DNA of 64,000 nucleotides from Alphaproteobacteria bacterium (GTDB lineage Bacteria; Pseudomonadota; Alphaproteobacteria; CAAGCB01; CAG-977): NCBI GenBank assembly GCA_900768875.1, contig CAAGEP010000003.1, positions 333,298 to 397,297 of the forward strand, read 5' to 3'. Shown piece by piece: positions 59,025 to 64,000 of this stretch (position 1 is its first letter; each line of letters starts with the position of its first letter). The notes under the pieces were generated by a model. It saw only the letters and a program-made list of their open reading frames with translations, ran no database searches and was not told where the DNA came from. The position numbers and the translations under genes were made by a program.

Positions 59025-60776
59025 TCACATCTCCTCAACGGGGGTAACGCCGAAAATGTCCAATCCCGAAGCAATCACAACAGCGGCGGCTTCAATCAAC
59101 GCCAAGCGCGCCAAAGACTGTTCGGGTTTGTCGGCTTCCAAGAATCTCAAATCCGCATTTTCGCGCCCTTTGTTCCACAACCCATGGAACGCCGCGGCAA
59201 CATCGTTCAAATAATAAGCGATGCGGTGCGGTTCATGCGCGGCGGCGGCGACTTCGACCTGACGCGGCAAAGCCGCCAGTAAACGGATTAAAGCGACTTC
59301 GGATTCGTCGTTCAGCAGACTGAAATCGGCTTTTGCCAAAGCGGACAGGCTCAAATCGGCATTCGGGAACATTTCGCGGGCTCTGCGGCGAACGGACGCG
59401 GCGCGCGCATACGCGTAGTTGACGTAAAACACGGGGTTGTCTTTGGATTGTTCCTTGACTTTTTCGACGTCGAAATCCAGCTGAGCGTCATTTTTGCGCG
59501 TCAGCATGATAAAGCGCATCACGTCTTTTCCGACCGCGTCAACCATATCGCGCAAAGTCACAAAAGTTCCCGCGCGTTTGGACATTTTGACGGGTTCGCC
59601 GTTGCTCATCAGATTGACCATCTGGCACAGCTTCACGTCCAGCTTGGCTTTGCCGTCGGTCAGCGCTTTAATCGCCGCCTGCATGCGCTTGACATAGCCG
59701 CCGTGATCTGCGCCCCACACGTCAATCATATCGTCGAACCCGCGGCGGTATTTGTCCAGATGATAAGCCATATCCGACGCGAAATAAGTCTGAAAACCGT
59801 TCGATTTTTTCAAAGCGCGGTCAACATCGTCGCCGAACAGGGTCGCTTTGAACAGCGTTTGCGGGTGCGGTTCGTAATCTTCAACGACTTTCCCCTTGGG
59901 CGGTTCCAGCACGCCTTCGTAAATCAAGCCTTTGGAGCGCAAAAATTCGATGACTTCGTCGACTTTGCCCGCTTCGACCAAAGCACGTTCGGATGAAAAC
60001 ACATCGAATTTGATGCCCAAAGCCGCCAGGTCGTCGCGAATCATATCCATCATTTTTTCAATCGCGAAAGCGCGGAACACGGGCAACCATTCGGCTTCGG
60101 GCTTGTCTGTCCACGCATCGCCGTATTTTTCCGCCAAAGCTTTGCCGACGGGAATTAAATACGCGCCGGGATACAGCCCTTCGGGAATCGCGCCGATATT
60201 TTCGCCCAACGCTTCCTTGTAGCGCAGAAAAGCCGACCGCGCCAGAACGTCGACCTGCGCGCCCGCGTCGTTGATGTAGTATTCGCGGGTTACGTCATAG
60301 CCCGCTTTTTGCAGCAGCGAAGCCAAAGCGTCGCCGAACACCGCGCCGCGGCTGTGTCCGACATGCATGGGCCCCGTGGGATTGGCGGAAACGAATTCGA
60401 CGTTTTTCTTGCGCCCTTTTCCCATATCGGACGAGCCGAATTCGGAACCTTTTTCAAGGATTTCTTTCAAACATCCGTCCCAAAACGTTTTGGACAGGCG
60501 CATGTTGACAAAGCCGGGACCCGCGATTTCGACAGTTTCGACAATCGGCAGAGCTTTCAGTTTTTCCGCCAGCAATTCGGCGAATTCACGCGGCTTCATG
60601 CCGGCTTGAGCCGCCATCACCATCGCGGCGTTCGTCGCGGCATCGCCGTGCGCCGCGTCGCGGGGCGGTTCGGCGACCATGCGCGACGGATCGATTGTCG
60701 CGGGCAGCTTGCCGTCTTTGACCAGTTCATCCAAAGAATCAAGGATATTGTTTCTGATTGCCGTAAAAATATTCAT
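59025..60776 (-). CDS. argS: arginine--tRNA ligase
   Basis: 583 aa; class I HIGH-like ([12 protein letters not shown]) and KMSK (KMSKRAG); DALR anticodon-binding C-terminus. Confidence 0.9.
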   Translation of the reverse strand: MNIFTAIRNNILDSLDELVKDGKLPATIDPSRMVAEPPRDAAHGDAATNAAMVMAAQAGMKPREFAELLAEKLKALPIVETVEIAGPGFVNMRLSKTFWDGCLKEILEKGSEFGSSDMGKGRKKNVEFVSANPTGPMHVGHSRGAVFGDALASLLQKAGYDVTREYYINDAGAQVDVLARSAFLRYKEALGENIGAIPEGLYPGAYLIPVGKALAEKYGDAWTDKPEAEWLPVFRAFAIEKMMDMIRDDLAALGIKFDVFSSERALVEAGKVDEVIEFLRSKGLIYEGVLEPPKGKVVEDYEPHPQTLFKATLFGDDVDRALKKSNGFQTYFASDMAYHLDKYRRGFDDMIDVWGADHGGYVKRMQAAIKALTDGKAKLDVKLCQMVNLMSNGEPVKMSKRAGTFVTLRDMVDAVGKDVMRFIMLTRKNDAQLDFDVEKVKEQSKDNPVFYVNYAYARAASVRRRAREMFPNADLSLSALAKADFSLLNDESEVALIRLLAALPRQVEVAAAAHEPHRIAYYLNDVAAAFHGLWNKGRENADLRFLEADKPEQSLARLALIEAAAVVIASGLDIFGVTPVEEM

Positions 60777-60780
60777 CGTT

Positions 60781-61953
60781 TTAAAGTCTCACTTGCGGGT
60801 CGAACAATCGCGTATGCAGTTCAATCGCGGACGCGTCGGTCAATCCTGCGACGAAATCCGCGACGATACGCGCTTTCATGGTTTCCCCCTCCGCCGTTTT
60901 GGGACAGCTTCGGGCTTTTTTCTGCCACGAAGGCGGCAGAATGTTGGTTTCCGTAAACAACAGCCCGAACAAATCGCGCACAATGCGTTTGCCCTTGCTG
61001 GTCATGCGGTTGATTGTATAGTGTCTGTACATATTGGGAAAGAGGAAATCTTTCAATTCCTGCATTTCCGCGCGCATTTTTTCCGAAAAAGCGATAACGG
61101 GACGTCCCATATTGCGGATATCGTCGACGCTTTCGGGCTTTAAATCATCCAAAATCCGCCGCGACTGCGCCGCCACGTCCAAAATCATATCGTTAATCAT
61201 GCGGCGCACCGTTTCGGCGTCGACACGGGATTGTTCCACCGACGGATATTCTTTTTTGACCTGTTCGTAATGGCGTTTGAAAAAAGGAACTTCCATTAAC
61301 TGCTCAACCGTTACGAGCCCTGTTTTCAGCCCGTCGTCCGTGTCATGATTGGAATAAGCGATGTCATCCGCCAAAGCCGCTATCTGCGCTTCCGCCCCTG
61401 CGAAAGTATCAAGCATCAAGTCGTGCTTTTTATTATACTCTGCAACATCAACGGAAAGTTTTTCTTTTTCCGTCAACGGACCGTTGTGTTTGACCAGTCC
61501 TTCCAGCGTTTCCCATGACAGATTGATGCCGTCGAAACGGGGATAGCGCTGTTCCAGTTTTGTAACGATTTTCAACGAATGCGCGTTATGGTCAAAGCCG
61601 CCGTAGTTCGCCATACATTCGTTCAAAGCCATTTCGCCCGCGTGTCCGAACGGCGTGTGTCCCAAATCGTGCGCCAAAGCCAAAGCTTCACCCAAATCGC
61701 CGTCCAAGTTCAGCATGCGGCACAGCGAACGGGTGATTTGCGACACTTCAAGCGAATGGGTCAATCGGGTTCGCAGACTGGAACCCTCGTGATAAACGAA
61801 CACCTGCGTTTTGGATTCCAGTCGGCGGAACGCTTCGGAATGAATGATGCGGTCGCGGTCGCGCTGAAAACAAGTGCGGTACGGCGCTTCCCGTTCGGGG
61901 TACAGTCTGCCGCGCGTTTTGCTTGCATCCGTTGCGTATCTTGCCAAAGCCAT
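60781..61953 (-). CDS. dgt: dGTP triphosphohydrolase-like HD-domain protein
   Basis: 390 aa; HD motif ([11 protein letters not shown]...[10 protein letters not shown]). Confidence 0.8.
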   Translation of the reverse strand: MALARYATDASKTRGRLYPEREAPYRTCFQRDRDRIIHSEAFRRLESKTQVFVYHEGSSLRTRLTHSLEVSQITRSLCRMLNLDGDLGEALALAHDLGHTPFGHAGEMALNECMANYGGFDHNAHSLKIVTKLEQRYPRFDGINLSWETLEGLVKHNGPLTEKEKLSVDVAEYNKKHDLMLDTFAGAEAQIAALADDIAYSNHDTDDGLKTGLVTVEQLMEVPFFKRHYEQVKKEYPSVEQSRVDAETVRRMINDMILDVAAQSRRILDDLKPESVDDIRNMGRPVIAFSEKMRAEMQELKDFLFPNMYRHYTINRMTSKGKRIVRDLFGLLFTETNILPPSWQKKARSCPKTAEGETMKARIVADFVAGLTDASAIELHTRLFDPQVRL

Positions 61954-62011
61954 ATCGGAATCCTTTTTGTTTTAAAAGTATACCTAAGCGATTAAAAAAG
62001 CGTTGTCAAAC

Positions 62012-62785
62012 CTAATCCTTGCCCGCGCATTGTTCGTTTTGATATTTGTAATGCCCGTCGCCGTCAATCAAATTGTTTTGCTTTTCCTGCTCTTTGATAA
62101 AAACATCGGCATAGTGGCGCGACAGTTCGAAAACGGAGCGTTTGATTTCCTCGCACGAATTTCCTTGCCGCTGCATGACTTGGAAAGCCGTTAAAATCTC
62201 GGACGCGGCGGTTTTCAACACGGTGTCCAGCGTTTTTCTGTTTAACGACAAATGAGTCAATTCGTGTTTCAGCGTCAAATCGAACAGGCACGATCCTTTC
62301 GGATGCTGTTTGTTTAAATCAATTTCGACCAAAACCTCTTTTGCCGTCAAAGCGACGGACGGCTTGGCGCAATCAACCGCCGCGCTCCATTTTGTTTTGT
62401 ATCGGGTACAGCCGCCCGCCGTCGCCTTTTCCGAATCGCATGAAAAAGCACCGTCTTTCAGCACATAATCGACTTCTTTGCGTTCGACTTTGACATCAAC
62501 CGCCGGCTGATTGCGCGAAACCGTCGCATAAGCGTTCGAGTTCGGCAAAGCGTATTTGTTCGGAACGGGGAAAGCGGCGGGTTTTTCGCCGTCTTTCTGC
62601 GTTTGATTTTTTTCGGATTCCTTATAGTCCGTCGTTTTCGGAATGGTGTTGCGCGTATACGTTTTTTGACGTTTTTGATAAACGGCTGTTTTCTTTTGAT
62701 AAGTATGCGGACGTTCTTGCCGAACCGCATAGGCAGGAAAACACAGCAAAACAACAGCCCATAAAATCAACGGAAACTTTTTCAT
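62012..62785 (-). CDS. secreted DUF922-like putative zinc metallopeptidase (HExxH), paralog 1
   Basis: ~257 aa from MKKFPLILWAVVLLCFPAYA (signal); LKHELTHLSL (HExxH); Cys-rich; overlaps the start of paralog 2. Confidence 0.5.
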   Translation of the reverse strand: MKKFPLILWAVVLLCFPAYAVRQERPHTYQKKTAVYQKRQKTYTRNTIPKTTDYKESEKNQTQKDGEKPAAFPVPNKYALPNSNAYATVSRNQPAVDVKVERKEVDYVLKDGAFSCDSEKATAGGCTRYKTKWSAAVDCAKPSVALTAKEVLVEIDLNKQHPKGSCLFDLTLKHELTHLSLNRKTLDTVLKTAASEILTAFQVMQRQGNSCEEIKRSVFELSRHYADVFIKEQEKQNNLIDGDGHYKYQNEQCAGKD

Positions 62786-63321
62786 TTCAAACATTGCTCC
62801 CATTGATACACGACCGCCCCCGGCGCATCCATCAATCTGTCTTGTTTGTTTTTTTCGGCAATCATCTGCCGGCGATAACGGTCAATCATTTTTGAAATTT
62901 GATACGGAGAAGCCGTTCCCTCGTCCAGTTTTGCCAGCAAAGCCTTTGAAATTTCCGCCGCATAACGCTTGACCACTTTGCGCGCAACGGCGACATGCGT
63001 CAATTCGTGCTTTAACGTCAAATCAAACTCGCAGCTGCCTTTCGGAATTGAAGACAGAATGTAAACCGTTATGTTCCGCAGTCCGAATTTCAAGTCAATT
63101 CGGGCAATATCGCCGTTTGCATCATACGAAAAGCGCGGAGCATCCATGTAAATCTGCGCTTCGGTGCATCCTGCCGCGTCAACCCCGTTGCAATCGATTT
63201 GCGGCAAAGAGCGGTTATACGTTATTTTTCCGTTTTCGACGGACAGCGACAATTCCGGCGAGGCGGCAAACACCCGCCCTGTCAAAGAAAACAGCAATAA
63301 AACCATTTTAAAAACGCGCAT
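62782..63321 (-). CDS. secreted DUF922-like putative zinc metallopeptidase (HExxH), paralog 2
   Basis: ~179 aa from MRVFKMVLLLFSLTGRVFA (signal, AAGAGG RBS); shares GSCxFDLTLKHELTH with its neighbour. Confidence 0.5.
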   Translation of the reverse strand: MRVFKMVLLLFSLTGRVFAASPELSLSVENGKITYNRSLPQIDCNGVDAAGCTEAQIYMDAPRFSYDANGDIARIDLKFGLRNITVYILSSIPKGSCEFDLTLKHELTHVAVARKVVKRYAAEISKALLAKLDEGTASPYQISKMIDRYRRQMIAEKNKQDRLMDAPGAVVYQWEQCLK

Positions 63322-63433
63322 TTTTCGACCTCTTTCAAACAGTTTAAAAAACAAGCCGCAAAAAGACAATCTTTTATCTGGATTTTATTTTCTTTTTCGG
63401 GTACAAAGAAGGAAAAGGATAAAAGACAGAGAA

Positions 63434-64000
63434 ATGAACGACGATTCCGGTAGTATTTCACGCCCTCCCCCTGCTTCCCCTGCGGAAACGGGGCTGTTTT
63501 CGGTTACAACGTGGAACGTCAATTCTATCAAGACGCGCTTGCCGCAAGTGATTGAATACTTGAAAAAATATTCTCCCGACATTGTTTTGCTGCAAGAAAT
63601 CAAGACCGAAACGGACGGCTTTCCGTTTTTTGAACTGCAGGCGGCGGGCTATCACTGCGCCGTCAAAGGGCAAAAAAGCTACAACGGCGTTGCGGTTTTA
63701 TCCAAAGTCCCCGTCCGTGTGATTTCCGACACGCTTTCCCCCGAATTTGCCGACCAAGCCCGCTATTTGGAGGTTGAACAAAACGGCACGCGCTTTATCG
63801 GCGTGTACGTTCCGAACGGGCAAGCCCCCGCAGCGGCGCCCGACGACACGTCGCGGCTGGACTATAAAATCAAATGGCTTGACGCGCTGAACGCCCGCGT
63901 CGCCGAATTGCTGAAAAGCGAAATCGATTTCGTGCTGGGTGGGGATTTCAACGTCATAGAATTCGATTCGGACGTGTACAGCCCGGCGGCGTTCAAAGAT
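63434..64000 (+). CDS. xth: exodeoxyribonuclease III (partial, runs off window end)
   Basis: ExoIII/AP-endonuclease family N-terminus (TWNVNSIKTRL...LLQEIK...GYHCAVKGQKSYNGVA). Confidence 0.8.
   Translation, partial: MNDDSGSISRPPPASPAETGLFSVTTWNVNSIKTRLPQVIEYLKKYSPDIVLLQEIKTETDGFPFFELQAAGYHCAVKGQKSYNGVAVLSKVPVRVISDTLSPEFADQARYLEVEQNGTRFIGVYVPNGQAPAAAPDDTSRLDYKIKWLDALNARVAELLKSEIDFVLGGDFNVIEFDSDVYSPAAFKD

Noticed and set aside
1-64000. CRISPR arrays, tRNA/rRNA genes, IS elements/integrases, Neisseria-type DNA uptake sequences
   Set aside because: No regularly spaced direct repeats, no tRNA T-loop/acceptor signatures, no transposase/integrase-like ORFs and no GCCGTCTGAA motifs were seen on reading both strands.

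Overview
This 64 kb window is a moderately GC-rich (~55-57%) chromosomal segment from a motile, probably anaerobic Gram-negative (proteobacterial-type) bacterium. Most of it is housekeeping. It carries a flagellar-type stator pair (motA/motB) and a set of DNA-repair and tRNA-synthetase genes (mfd and recG divergent; metG, serS, argS; rnhB; dgt-like; xth partial). There is a long co-directional minus-strand array running sufB-sufC-sufD(short)-sufS-small Cys ORF-sufT(DUF59)-membrane protein-MoxR ATPase-DUF58-DUF4381. Other core genes are pyruvate:ferredoxin oxidoreductase (PFOR), the [FeFe]-hydrogenase maturase HydF, tatA-tatB-tatC, pepN, purU, ppa, nagZ, and a DsbD/ScsB-family reductase. Accessory or unusual content is as follows. 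(i) Two full-length paralogous autotransporters (32484..35648 and 45426..48764) plus a decayed C-terminal barrel remnant of a third, lying directly after recG. (ii) A small lower-GC island (~38.07-40.63 kb) between bpt and PFOR with a DUF3800 protein and a tightly coupled basic/acidic pair of unknown proteins; both ends of the island lie at rho-independent terminators (about 39053..39080 and 40599..40626), and it is the best candidate for an undescribed (possibly defence-related) module. (iii) A TolC-family lipoprotein with an extra C-terminal Ig-like (cadherin/dystroglycan-type) domain, translationally coupled to an unknown secreted protein. (iv) Tandem secreted HExxH (DUF922-like) paralogs. 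(v) A PAS-GGDEF protein whose GGDEF motif is degenerate but whose RxxD I-site is intact. (vi) A ~45-aa Cys/Lys-rich ORF inside the suf operon. Several intrinsic terminators and two good sigma70-like promoters are visible. No rRNA, tRNA or CRISPR array was recognised.
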